Below are positions 26,385-38,928 of a stretch of DNA of 64,000 nt, piece by piece. The translations under genes and the position numbers were made by a program. This DNA is from Ruditapes philippinarum (Eukaryota). A model generated the notes under the pieces. The model saw nothing but the letters and a program-made list of their open reading frames with translations. It was not told the DNA's origin and did not search any database. The stretch spans positions 1 to 64,000 of the forward strand of contig NW_026851725.1 of assembly GCF_026571515.1 (NCBI RefSeq), read 5' to 3'. Each line of letters begins with the position of its first letter. Within the stretch, counting starts at the first letter, position 1.

Positions 26385-28809
26385 GGTCTCCCTAATTACC
26401 GACAAGAACCGACAAGAAGTAAAAATAGGAAAATACGAATTAATTTAACTTATTCATCATTCAAAAATAACAATTCCTAATATTTTTTACATTAAAAACA
26501 TAATAAATTCGTTGTGAACCATGTTTATAGGCAAATATCTATACCGACAAGAAGTCAGTCTCAGTTTCTCACCGTCAAGAACTTGGCCATCTTCGTATCA
26601 TTGATATTACATTAAGAATTTGTGTATAAGTGTTAAATCTTAATTATTTTTTATTAAGATTATGTTGTATTATAAATAATAGTTATTATGTTAAATGTTT
26701 TCTAATTCAATTAAGAATATCATCATTAATGAATGATGATATGAGAATATTCGCGAATACCGACAAGAAAGTTTCATTATTGCTTTCAATGGCGTAGGTT
26801 TTTAAATGTGTTCAAATAATTTATTGTCAGCCTATCTATTCAATAAATAATTTTAAAACATTTCGTTGTCATTGATTACAAAATATCCTGCATTTAGGCC
26901 ATATTTCTGTACCGACAAGAAATGTGTTCATTTCAAAATATATTTCATATATAAAGTTTTACATACCTGCCATTTAAATTATCCAATTATAATCCATTTT
27001 CAATTTTTACACAAATACATCGGTAAAGCATACAATAAGGATATAGAAATAAAATAATGGACGAAAACATAAATTCAATTCAATTATTGTATTAGCATAT
27101 ATACATATAACATATTCAGGGCCAAATTTTTTTTTTCGTTTTTTCAAGTACAAACTTCAAAATTAATTGCTCAAACAAAATTGATTGATATTACTCAATT
27201 TAAGCTTGTGCGCGTGGGTTTCTCACTCAGTTAGCTTTGAGCGATTTAAAACAATTTCGAAATGAACAGCTGTGAAAGAAGAGATAATTCGTACACTGAA
27301 CAGAACAGAACAGAAACTTTATTACTTGGTTTAAGCATAAAAAGCTTATCACCATATTAAATATACAAATACAACATATAATACATAAATGACACATGAC
27401 ATGAATTATATTATAAAAAATTATATACTTGACTATAAAATAATGGTTTATGTGATGTGAGAATGTTTAATTTGAGATACGAAATTACTTAAAAAGCATA
27501 TGAATACATATATATAATACACAATAATTGGCCTATCTTTACCAAACATTATCAATTTAAGCTACAATACATTTTCAGTGCTGTAACTTATGTAAATAAT
27601 TTTAAATTTAAAAAAAAAAGTTAAAAATTTCTGCAACCTCTGGCGTGGCGTAACTGCCCGTAAGTTTTATGATAATAAAATATTAAAACCTATAGTGGGG
27701 ATATCTCTGTTTATTTCTTTACTTCTAGTGGAGAAATGAACCACAACCTGATGAGACCTGTGGTCGAAATAGGTTTCAATGTTTTTTTTTCATTAAACAA
27801 ATACAAGCGTATAATGCATAACATCACATCTTTGTACGTCATGATGTCCGTCTTTTCTTCTCAGTGGTGAGAATTAAGTCATCATCAATTTCTTCAAAAA
27901 CTGAAAAAAAGTACAAAAGAAAGATTATATACATGTTCTTTCTACACTACAGCTCGTTCTCAATTTCTTGTCGGTAAATCTTCATTACGCATGATCCCTG
28001 TTTTTTTCTTGTCGGTAATCGATTTGTTAAAATATATTTTAAAACTAAATGGAATAAACACAAATATTTTTTCTTATATGCATTAAAATATGAAAGTTTA
28101 AAGTCTTAAAAGTTATTTAATTACAAAAAAAAGATTATATACATGTTCTACATCTACACTACAGCTCGTTCTCAATTTCTTGTCGGTAAATCTTCATTAC
28201 GCATGATCCCTGTTTTTTTCTTGTCGGTAATCGATTTGTTAAAATATATTTTAAAACTAAATGGAATAAACACAAATATTTTTTCTTATATGCATTAAAA
28301 TATGAAAGTTTAAAGTCTTAAAAGTTATTTAATTACAAAAAAAAAGATTATATACATGTTCTACATCTACACTACAGCTCGTTCTCAATTTCTTGTCGGT
28401 AAATCTTCATTACGCATGATCCCTGTTTTTTTCTTGTCGGTTGCATATACATTCATTCAATGTCATGAAAAACTATTTAGACTACAGATAAGGTTGAAAC
28501 ATGTTTATAAATAAGATATTCTGAGCACAACTTTTGCAACTGATTATATTATATTGGAAATTACAAATCTTTCTTGTCGGTGTCAACGTAACAGTAACAG
28601 TACGCGTTGCACTCGAATTTTTCTTGTCGGTACGCATATATTTAATTTTCTATAAAAATACAAGAAAAACCTTATCAAATATAAAAAATATATATGCCCT
28701 GCATGTTTAACAATCATAAAAACACATTTGTATTTGTTTATTTGTAATATATAGGCTCTTGTCGGTTCTTGTCGGTTCCTGACGGTTCTTGTCGGTAATT
28801 AGGGAGACC
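26385..28809. mobile_element. MuDR-like non-autonomous DNA transposon
   Basis: TIR GGTCTCCCTAATTACCGACAAGAACCG at both ends, 11-bp TSD CATAGAAATAC at 26374-26384 and 28810-28820, internal ~211-bp tandem repeat (27920-28440, ~2.4 copies). Confidence 0.85.
27686..27776 (+). ncRNA. Type III hammerhead ribozyme-like motif
   Basis: Stem III AAACCTAT (27686-93) pairs with ATAGGTTT (27769-76); AUA cleavage triplet ends at 27694; core CUGAUGA at 27748-54; stem II GACC-UGU-GGUC; GAAA at 27766-69. Proximal stem I is imperfect. Confidence 0.65.
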
Positions 28810-28864
28810 CATAGAAATACATGGAAGTAATTTTATAACGTAAACGCGTGTTTAACGCGCAAAG

Positions 28865-29056
28865 CACCGCCTCCGTGGTCGAGGGGTTAGAGTCGATGAC
28901 CTCTCTGGCGTGTGTTCGATCTCCGGGAGATGCTTTGGTAGTTTAGCATGGAGGAAGGTAGTCTAGTACTGGTGTAACTGTCCAGGAACGATGGTTAGGA
29001 AACTACCCGCCTATATGACTGAAATACTGTTGGGAAAAGGCGTAAAATTAAACAAA
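28865..29056 (+). mobile_element. tRNA-derived SINE, same family as 9613-9831
   Basis: Near-identical to the reverse complement of 9613-9831, with a ~15-bp deletion between the A and B boxes. Confidence 0.85.
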
Positions 29057-31068
29057 GACTGGAGACTCCAATTAAGCAATAGGTCACGGTAAGCTCCGAA
29101 GAATGCATGTCCTACGAAAATTCGTAGATTTTAATACTGGCAGATAAAGTTGCCGCCTACATGTCACGCTGGTGATTCCTTGTAGTAAACTAGCATTGGC
29201 TAATTTGATACTAAAGCGTAACAACGGGCAAATCATAATTGGTTTCGGAAAATAGTGTTTTTGACGAGAGAAAGAACAAATCGCTTCACATAGTTAATCC
29301 ATTATTCCAATTCAGCAAGTTAAGGGTTAAAGACCACCTTCGATGAGAACAACTTCTGATACACCCGTTTAGGCCAAATGTAAGAGTTACGTATATAGCT
29401 CAAAATTAACGGTATGGGAAGAACGTCTGTTAATAATATAATTTAAACATTTCTTCAAATGACTACAGACTTGACTGTATATGACTGTCCGGAGCAATAA
29501 ATAAATACATGTATTAATACATGTATTAAGACATATGATGGAAGTTTCATAATTGGGGGAAAGAGGAATTGACTTGCGTAATGGTGGACTTTATGTTACT
29601 CGTTCACAAATATGAGACAGAAAAGTCTGTTAAGGAAAGTGTTGAAATCTGCGATAAAGTTTAAAACATGTATTTTTTTCCTACATGTAGTTATTTCTCT
29701 ATGATATTTTTTAAATAAAAAATGTAGGTAGTTATTTCTATGTTTTTTTTTTGTTTGTCGTTGTTGTTTTAAATAAAAAGTTAAAAAGGTAAATATGCAA
29801 TATAATCATGATTCAGGGGACATGTTAATGGATTAAACGATTTTTACATTTTATTGGCAAATTGACCAATATGGTATATAAAAAAATAGAAATACCTCGC
29901 TCTGACCTAAAAAACAAAGTACTTAACGTATTAAGAAATCTTAATTTTCTTTCTTCAATTAACTAGATTAAAGGATTAATCTTATATGACGTTATCAAAA
30001 GATTAAAGGCTCACGTTTCAATTGCATTTTGAGATGTTGAATAATTTAATTTCTGAATTGTTATTTAAATTAAGGTGAGTGATCCTAATTTATTTCAGGG
30101 AAGAATGGAATGTGCTGCGCACTTCTTACATAAATGTGAAAATCGCGGCGCAAAGAATTTTGTTTACTTATAAATAATAATAAAACGGACTAGTAACTTA
30201 AGGTAATTGTATTTTCTTATTTCATGAACTGAACTAGACCGGCGACTTTTAGCTTGTTTCTTCTGAAGAGCGTGAATTTCGTTCAATCTAAATTTGAAAA
30301 ATATACATGTATATTACACGTAAACAAGGTACTGTGCTATGTATTTTCATAAAGAAGATTGGTACAGAAATATATTCTTTCTAATGCAAAATTTGTGTAT
30401 AAACTGTGTAACAGCTGGGTTTAAATTATTTAATCAAACGCTCTGTAATTCTGAACGTTTCTGGACGGTATCCAAGAAAATAGCGATATTTGATGAGTAT
30501 AATAGTAATTATCATTACACTGTACAGATATCATTGTTGTAAAATGTAAATTAATTATAATATGTAATCATGATGATGATTATAAAATACATGTAATAAA
30601 AGTTACAATGCTACGTGAATTGGTCTTTCCCAATAGAAAGATTATTTCTTATTGCTCAACCAAAATTTCATACGAGCTTATATAGCTATATATTTTATAG
30701 TTTCTATCTCTTGAAAAATCTAATCTGGTCGACATGCTACGAATTTAAAATTGTAAGAATGCAACAAATAATGTGTAATTCTTGTCGATGCGCCTTATGC
30801 TCGAATGGCACGAGTCACATTCAAAAAGCTACAGACGCTACCGCTCTCTATGTTTTTATTTTACGATTACTAAACACAGTATAGACTTTGTTCAACTTAT
30901 ATGAAATAGAACATTTATATAAATTCGTGGACATTATTTTTTAATCGCTATCATCTAAAACAGTAATATAATTATTCATTTTTTTTTCTTTTATTCAGAC
31001 CCATTTCAAACAAGTACAACCACAAGAAATTTATAAAATTGGTGTAGCTGCGTCAAGAGAAAGACAAA

Positions 31069-32043
31069 ATGCCGGCCAACGTTCTACCGGATATGGATGA
31101 GCCCCGGCTCAAGGCTTTAGGCAAACAGTTGAATCGAAGTCGGAAAGCATCTATCATAAGTAATGGCAAAGTGAAAGACAATCTTGACGTTTATGTAAAG
31201 AGCTTAAATAAGGCTCAGAAAAGTTTGGACGGGAAGTATAATCTGAAAAGTTCCCGGCTAAAGAAAAACTTGGCTCGTGTAAGAGGGACACAAAAGGTGC
31301 TCAAGTCTAGGAGAGAGCAAACCTTCTGGGAAGACTCGGACGAATATCCTTATGGAATATATGAAGGTGAAAAACTTGATTCTTTACGTAGAGAAGTTGA
31401 CAACGTAATCGAACTTAAACATCCTAAACATCGAAGACAAAAGAAAGTGGAGTATAACCTACGTGAGGGTAAAAACATGGGTAAACTTTTGGACGAGGAG
31501 GATGCAAAAATGCAATTCAATATGATTATGTCAAACGACAGGAAAAACCCTTACTTACAGAGAGAAAATGCTCTTACAAGAACTTTCTTTCATAGAGCAG
31601 TCCCGAATAAGATAGAAGCCTTCTTAGACGATCTTCAAGTGGCAAAAAAGATTCAACACAGGAGGCCACTCATTGAAACACTTGATGAGAAAAGAAGTAA
31701 GAAACGGCCGGAAAACAACTTTGAACAGCCAGCAGGATTACGAAATGAGCTACATTTACATGACATTGGAAGTCCGTATGATTCAGGGGTGTGTACACCT
31801 AGTGAATTCTCAGAAGAGGATGTGTTCAAGGAATCATCTCGTGAACCTCAGCATTATAGTTTGCCTCCAATCACTGCTAGAAAAGAAGTTGTAACGAAAA
31901 AAGGACTGAAAGAGAAATCTAATTTGACACTCCCAAATCTCAGTGTGAGACGGGCGACAAAAGGCGATATTATGTCTATGAGTAGAGATCAATTGAAAAC
32001 GGACAGATTTAAAAGCAGGAGGGCAACGACTTTTATCTTTTGA
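31069..32043 (+). CDS. Uncharacterised 324-aa basic, hydrophilic protein in a single coding exon
   Basis: 975-nt uninterrupted ORF in AT-rich DNA, strong acceptor ttttctttttattcag ending near 30998, AAAATG start context. No recognisable domain. Confidence 0.75.
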   Translation: MPANVLPDMDEPRLKALGKQLNRSRKASIISNGKVKDNLDVYVKSLNKAQKSLDGKYNLKSSRLKKNLARVRGTQKVLKSRREQTFWEDSDEYPYGIYEGEKLDSLRREVDNVIELKHPKHRRQKKVEYNLREGKNMGKLLDEEDAKMQFNMIMSNDRKNPYLQRENALTRTFFHRAVPNKIEAFLDDLQVAKKIQHRRPLIETLDEKRSKKRPENNFEQPAGLRNELHLHDIGSPYDSGVCTPSEFSEEDVFKESSREPQHYSLPPITARKEVVTKKGLKEKSNLTLPNLSVRRATKGDIMSMSRDQLKTDRFKSRRATTFIF

Positions 32044-32719
32044 TCCAAATACGATAATTGCAGATAATGCCCGAAAACATATTACATGCACACATGCAAA
32101 CCACGGAAAACTAACTTGCGTAGGACTCTCCATTGCGATTGTACTATTCATTTACATTTATGTGCACGGGCTAGGTCCGACACTTGAACCTAGGCGTTTA
32201 TAGATGAGTTTCGCCAGGGTCTTTCAAATAGAATTGTATTTTAAAGACCCTGGTTTCGCATGTAGGGGACGACGTAATGTAATTCGAGGAAAATAATAAT
32301 ACGGATCTAACTCAAACGGAAATGCTCGAAATTTTAAATGTCCAATGCATGAACATTTGAAATTTACTTCACTTTGCGCAAAGAGGTACTGGGTGTTAAC
32401 GTTATTCCATGATTTTTTATTATTAATGCACATTGGTGCGATATTGTTGAGACTTTGATGGCAAAAATCGTTCTCTACACAAAGCTGACGAAAAACAACG
32501 GTTTATACTTATAATTAGAGAAACCGACTCAGTCGGGACTGCTTTTGAATTAGCTTCGAAAGTGAAACGAACTGGAAACATATCGATCCCTGGCATGATT
32601 TCGTTTACTTTTCGTTTACATATAACTCGGTTTGGTTTTACAAAAGTTGTGGGTGTAAACACATTTGTTAAGATTAAATAAATTTTGTAATTCGATTTTG
32701 CTAAAAGCAATTATTTCCT

Positions 32720-35700
32720 AATTCGCTACGCTCAAACGTAAATAAATTATTTATCCCATAATAAAGGAATCGAAGGAAGGAAGAACAACAAATACATAAA
32801 TTCACATTTAGGATTTGTTATCTGCATTGCCGTTTATCGAATTCAAAAACAAAGAACGGGTGCAAAGAAACACTTTATAATATTACAAACTGTTCAATGT
32901 TAACATAATATCAATCAATATCAATATAATATGCATTTCATATTTGATTTCAAATTTCAATATCAGATGCCCAGACTCTTTGTAACTGATAATCGTTTGT
33001 TTAAATCATCTTTGACATAACCGTCCTTGCTCTGTCCACTACGCCACCGGCCATGTCTTTAGAAATAGTCTATCAGAAATTCCTAAATTGGCAGCCGCTG
33101 TGACTCCCCCTGATCTTAAACTATTGTAATCCAAAATGAGATTTATCTAATCCGAATTGAAGAAAACATATTCCGAATGATCTCCCTTGAAATCTCGTAT
33201 AAGATAAAGAAGAGTCTGTGCATCTTAACTTATAACACTGTTTAGATTTACAGTAAGAGAGTGAACGAAATAAACTCATTTGAATCATCGTTAATTTGAG
33301 CACATTTGAGATATAATTTAAGCAATGATACTGGACATGTTCTATAAACCAGTTTTTGCTATTACACTCCAGTTTTATCCTTCCTATAAATGTCAGTTTT
33401 TACTCCTCTCCTTCATGAAAATTCCTACTATGATCGTCCACTGACCACATAATACTCAGAACGTTCTCTAATAGTAAAGTTAATTCTAGAAAATCTAAAG
33501 AATCCCTGATATCCAAGTACACAATGTAATACTTCTGAACCTATACAATCTCCCATTTGCATATCGCTTGCCTACTACCATAGACACAATTTATGTAACA
33601 CTTTCCGGTGTATTGGTTCTTTTTTTAGACACTAGATGATCCAAAGAATCCTGTGAGCCTGCCTGCCGAAACCTGACCTGTAGTTTAAAATTTGAATGAC
33701 ATGGGTTAATAGAACATCCGGCTAAATCATGGGCCACTTTAACTCCCGTAAAAGGGTCGTAAAACTAGACGTTGAATTAATTTTGAATTATAGAATCAAA
33801 TACAGTTAAAAATCGGCTGTCTAAGACTGCGTAAGAGTCTAGATTTGGTATTCGGACGCCCGATGACACCACGCCACCCCCCCTGACGGATCTTTGGTAC
33901 TTTTTGCTCCGTACTTGACAAGCCTCAGAGATCTCTCAAAAAACGTTCCGGCCAACCAAGGCACGCAGCCGGACGTACAATTTCGATTTTTTGCTCCAAA
34001 TGTATCTATTCCAATATTGAAGCTTACTAGATCTGTAAGAACACGTACAAGAAAAAATAATAATATTCTTACGACCTCATTAAACTCGTACCATAATATA
34101 GTTCTCCAACACTAATGACAGTCTAACATACAACCCCTAACTACTAAGAACAAAGTAACATAATTTGAAAACAGACTCCATAAGAAATAAACCGTTCATC
34201 ACGCGTTTTTTTTTTACAAGTCGATTCGTTATTCTGTAAAAAGATTAGAAAATATTACAATTTGCCTTCACAGCGGAAAATCAACCACAGTCAACCGTTA
34301 TTATGACCACTTAATTCAGGAAGTAAAATAGAAAATTAACCTATCAAATAATAATGTCGCACATCGACGCTTTCTATGACCTATCACTGGCGTAACTACA
34401 AATTTATAATTTTTTTTTTAAATTTAATCTCGCCAATCGGCGCTTGCCACTGCCCAACGGCTGGCATACCACAAAAAGTTTTATTTAAAAATCTCGCCAA
34501 TCGGCGCTTGCCACTGCCAAACGGCTGCGTACCACATGGAATTTTAAATTAATAAATCCGCCAATCGGCGCTTTCTGCACTGCCAAACGGCTGGGTACCA
34601 CATAATTTCTAATTTAATAAATTCGCCAATCGCGCTTGCCACTGCCAAACGGCTGGCGTATCACATAATTTCTAATTTAATAATCTCGCGCAATCGGCGC
34701 TTGCACTTGCCAAATGGCTGCGTACACATTATTTCTAATTTAATAAACTCGCTGCAATCGCGCTTGCCCTGCACCAACGGCTGGCGTACCACACAATTTC
34801 TAATTTATTGAATTTCGTCCCGTTTTTTTTTTTTTTTTTTTTTTTTTAAATAAACGAACTAGCTCGCTATACATATACAAAACATAAGCAACATAAGAGC
34901 GGTCATATTTCAGTGTGTACACACTGTGATATGATTTTACAAAAAGATTCAACAACCTATTAAATAAAAAAGCTTTTAACATAGCTTTCCAATATTTAAA
35001 CAGAACAATCTTAATCGTATAGCTAAAACTTTACTGTTGAAACTTTCAGATCAAAAATAGTTTGTCATATTTAAGTATTGTACAAAAATGTACTGTTTGT
35101 GGAAAAAACTCAAAAATACTCAAGAATGTATATTTCGAGTGTATAAATGCTATTACCAAACAACATTGGCCAGAACGGATGCAGATGGCCAATGAGGTAC
35201 AATTAAAAACTCCCCGTGCTTGGCCAAAGCCACCAAATGATTGATAGCTTTAGGCACAAAAGTACAGGGGAACCAGCAGTTATTTCCCCTGACCAATCAA
35301 CTGAAAATGCATCGACGTTGTTCTGTTCCCGGAACCAGAACGAAAAATTAAATCTTTTAACTTTACAATTGTAATGATTTGGCAAATCGATCTATCGAAA
35401 AAAGCGCCCACATATATCCAAAAAATTGAAAAATTCTGTAGTTTACGCCCAATCATCAACATCAAAAAGTTACTTATTTTATCTGCAAATTAATTTTGCG
35501 CCCTAGGAACCCAGTCTATATGTAGAACGCTATACCTTTTTTAATACAAAAAATCAAAATGTTAACAGCGAGGAAATGTAACTTGGTTTCATGCTCCCTC
35601 CGTTTGATAATTTTTACACAATTTTGATTATCGGTGCACATCGACTGATTTTTACCAAAATTAACAATACAAAACTTTGTAGAGCAAAATATATAGCAGA

Positions 35701-37950
35701 CAACTCCCGCCATGTTGAACTCTCAGTTTTTTCATACTCGGACCAATTTCTGTGACAAATACATTTATCAGAGTTAAGATATATAAGCCCCACATGCTAC
35801 GCTACTGGCATCGGAAAAGATATTTATAGTAAATGTATGTTCAATAAAAAAGGAACTTGAATAGGATTGTTTTTAAACTGGTCTCTCCAGAATAACAACT
35901 CCTGTACACACCTGTCTACAAAAGAGACATTGAAAACAGTATCCCAACTTAATCCATTTAAAATGGCTACTGGTGTAGATTTTTAGTCATTTAGTTGCAA
36001 ACTTCCCCTAAAATAGGCATCATAGACATAACTTTCCCTGTAAAACGTGCTAACTCTCTAGCAGACGAAAAGGTAAATTATTTAAAATAGAACTCAGGTG
36101 TGAATTTACATTTGAAAAACGTTTTCTCTGAAACACACTCATATGATTCTCAGATAAATTCCATACAAGTCCTAACCATTCTAATTTCTTGACGGGAATG
36201 AATATCGACTTAATCATAATTCAGTGCAAACCCTGCATTTTTAAGACGTTTTCGACAAAAGCTTGCATCTTTAGACGACGAATGAAATGATTTATTCACA
36301 CCCCACCCATCGTCAAAAAAAAAACCAAACGAATCCATTTCCCGGGCAATGTTTAACGATGCACTTAAACACTTAAGTGTAAATATAAAAGCTGCTGATG
36401 TTAACCCAAATGGCAATCGGAAAACAAAATACTTGTGGATACCGTTATATATTCCAAGAAAAACCTAAAAAGGTTGCTGAGAAGTACAGATCGATATGAT
36501 GATCGTGATCGTATATCAATTTGTCATAAAATCCATCTTAGAAGAAATCAAATGACTTTCCAATCCTCAACTTAAATGTTCTTTCAACTTAATTATTTAA
36601 GTTACTTAGATCTAAAATTACCGTTCCTTCCCAGAAGTTGACGGAAACAGAACACGGATCTATTCAAGGGCCAAAAAGCAGTACTTCTAAAACAGAAATC
36701 CCAGACTTAAGATAAAGTATGCTTAATAGCCCCAGTAACAATCTTCGGTGTGTACTAGAGAGATTGTTTATTATTATAACTGAAGCATTTGGGATATTAT
36801 AAACACGTCAATTTGTACAGATTCTTTTATGACATCCAATAAAATCAGGAGTCTTTAATTGTCTCTCAGAAATGATAATTTTTTAGTAAAATTCCCTTGA
36901 CAAAGATATATTAGACTTACTATTATGTAATATTATTATAATAAATGTTTCTGTTACTTCAATTCTGCATATAGAATTCACGTCTATTGAAACAGAATAT
37001 TTTGAACGTTGAAATATTATCAAGAATCCATACTTCTTCAACTTTTGATTTGGACTTGTGAGTTTGGGGTTGAACCGTTTTTAGAGCGTGCGATTGTGAA
37101 CCTGGCGAGATCCGCTGAAGCCTGATGAAAAACCGTTTGTAGGGTAATGACTGTCCGTTGACCTTTGGCATATACCGTGGAAGTGTTCCATCCCACAATG
37201 CGATAAACACGACTGACAGTCTTTCTTAGGTCGAAAGGAACGAAGAATGACCTGGTTTGAGCACAAAGAAGTTAGAATAGGAGTATAACCCCCAAAGTAT
37301 GGTTAACTCGCGTACAAGTAAGGAATCTAAGATAACGGTCTTTTCTCGCTTTTGTTAGAAGCGCACGACTTCACGCGTTCGTAGCCTTCTATCTGTCATC
37401 GCTGTCACAGAAAATGGCAACTGTAGGCTCAAATACTCTGCACGTTTCCAACGCAGAATTGTAAGGCAAAATATTTGATAGATTTGTTGTTGGTTTTACA
37501 ATTCTTTTTAGATATATTATCAGCTCTAGAGATTTTTCTTGTTCTCTGTTCTATGTTCTGCAAGCAGATCCAATTATATAGACGTCAACTTAATTAAATA
37601 AGAATGCTTTCTCTTTCCTTTGTTTGAAAATCTGGCATACACGTGCTTTCCTATGACTTTTGAAGTCATACGGTTGAACTGCTCATGTTAATTTCTCTGG
37701 CCGAATATTCTTTAACGATTTGATCATTGTCAAAAATAACATGGTGAGAGATCGAAAATTCCCGAGTTGAATCTGTCTGCGAACTGATGATGCCGAATTA
37801 ACTCTCTCGTGAGGCAGTCGTCCATTAAGTCTTCGTTAGTAGCCATTAAAATTTCAGTGTACGATATAGTACAATAAACGTGTGTAGCAATGCAGAAAAC
37901 CTCGAATGATGTACACGTCTAACCGACTTTATTATATATTACTGACGCAC
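32720..37950 (-). mobile_element. Decayed DIRS/Ngaro-type tyrosine-recombinase retrotransposon
   Basis: Fragmented in-order motifs on minus: gag (EQFN ~37680, DSDD ~37400, CG..HF..IC knuckle ~37190), RT (ILDLSNLN ~36610, PFGLTSAAFIFT and FFDDGWG at 36300-36416), methyltransferase-like (VDAFSVDW ~35310), recombinase (AHDLAG..NPC ~33720, KKEPI ~33620, SLRSGGVTAAANLGISDRLF..HGRWRS..KDGYVKD 33010-33125). Ends approximate. Confidence 0.85.
34427..34805. repeat. ~62-bp tandem repeat, about 6 copies
   Basis: Unit AATCTCGCCAATCGGCGCTTGCCACTGCCAAACGGCTGGCGTACCACATAATTTCTAATTTAAT, followed by a T run at ~34823-34847. Confidence 0.9.
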
Positions 37951-38685
37951 GAGAAAATCGTGCGTATCATATACAATGATTTTCAATACAGTAAAACTTC
38001 GATTACTTTAACCTAGGATAAATATATTTTAAACCGTTTGTGTCGCCGGGTTTCGTACAGTCTGTGCCGTTTAAAAAAGAAATTTATTAAAATTCTTCAA
38101 TAAGAATGCAACGTGTAAATATTATTAAATTATGTTGTTGTTGTTCACTCAAGTCAGCATCATATATGTAATTAAAATCATAATTATTTGAAGTTTCTTT
38201 GCTCTATAATTGGTTTAACCAAAATGATGTTAAAAGCTGTTTAGATATGTATAATTTAAGTTACAAGCATAGTATATATATGCCAACTGTTTGTTTATAC
38301 AATATATGACGCCGTGCTGGAAATCGAAGCATATTCCATGGCAATCTGCTATAAACGTAAAAGAGTGCACGGTGCAGTTGGCAAGTCAGGAAATCCACTA
38401 AGGTCTTATTAAAGGCATAAAAAATAAACAATTTATAACCATTGTTAGTCCGATTTTAGTTCAAAATTTAAATGATTTTCATGTTGTGGTCATTTTGGTA
38501 TAAGCAAAATATTTATTCTGGAAAGATAGTGAGCAAATGTTCTGAAATTTTTCACGCACAATTAAGTTATTATTGATCCAGATTTACACCAAATGGTTCA
38601 CAAATCTTAAAAAACTATTTCCAGTCCCGTCATGTCCAAAAACAACAATATAAAATCCCGCCAGTGGAGACTTAATGCAGTGTAT

Positions 38686-38928
38686 AATTGAGCCGTGTCA
38701 CGACAAAACCAACATAATGGGTTTGCGACCAGCATGGATCCAGACCAGCCTGCGCATCCGCGCAGTCTGATCAGGATCCATGCTGTTCGATATCAATATT
38801 TCTCCTTGCTATAGGGTTTGTAAGCGAACAGCATGGATCCTGATCAGACTGCGCGGATGCGCAGGCTGGTCTGGATCCATGCTGGTCGCAAACCCATTAT
38901 GTTGGTTTTGTCAAGACACGGCTCAATT
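38686..38928. mobile_element. Palindromic MITE
   Basis: ~110-bp near-perfect inverted arms (AATTGAGCCGTGTC..GGATCCATGCTGTTCG / CGAACAGCATGGATCC..GACACGGCTCAATT) around a ~35-bp spacer. Confidence 0.85.

Noticed and set aside
28865-28935. tRNA-like A/B boxes (also 9750-9831)
   Set aside because: They are SINE heads with a body and tail (and a TSD at the 9613 copy); no complete cloverleaf.
32041-32262. TGA stop plus downstream hairpin as selenocysteine/SECIS
   Set aside because: The AUGA..AA..GA geometry is not met and read-through would add only a few residues.
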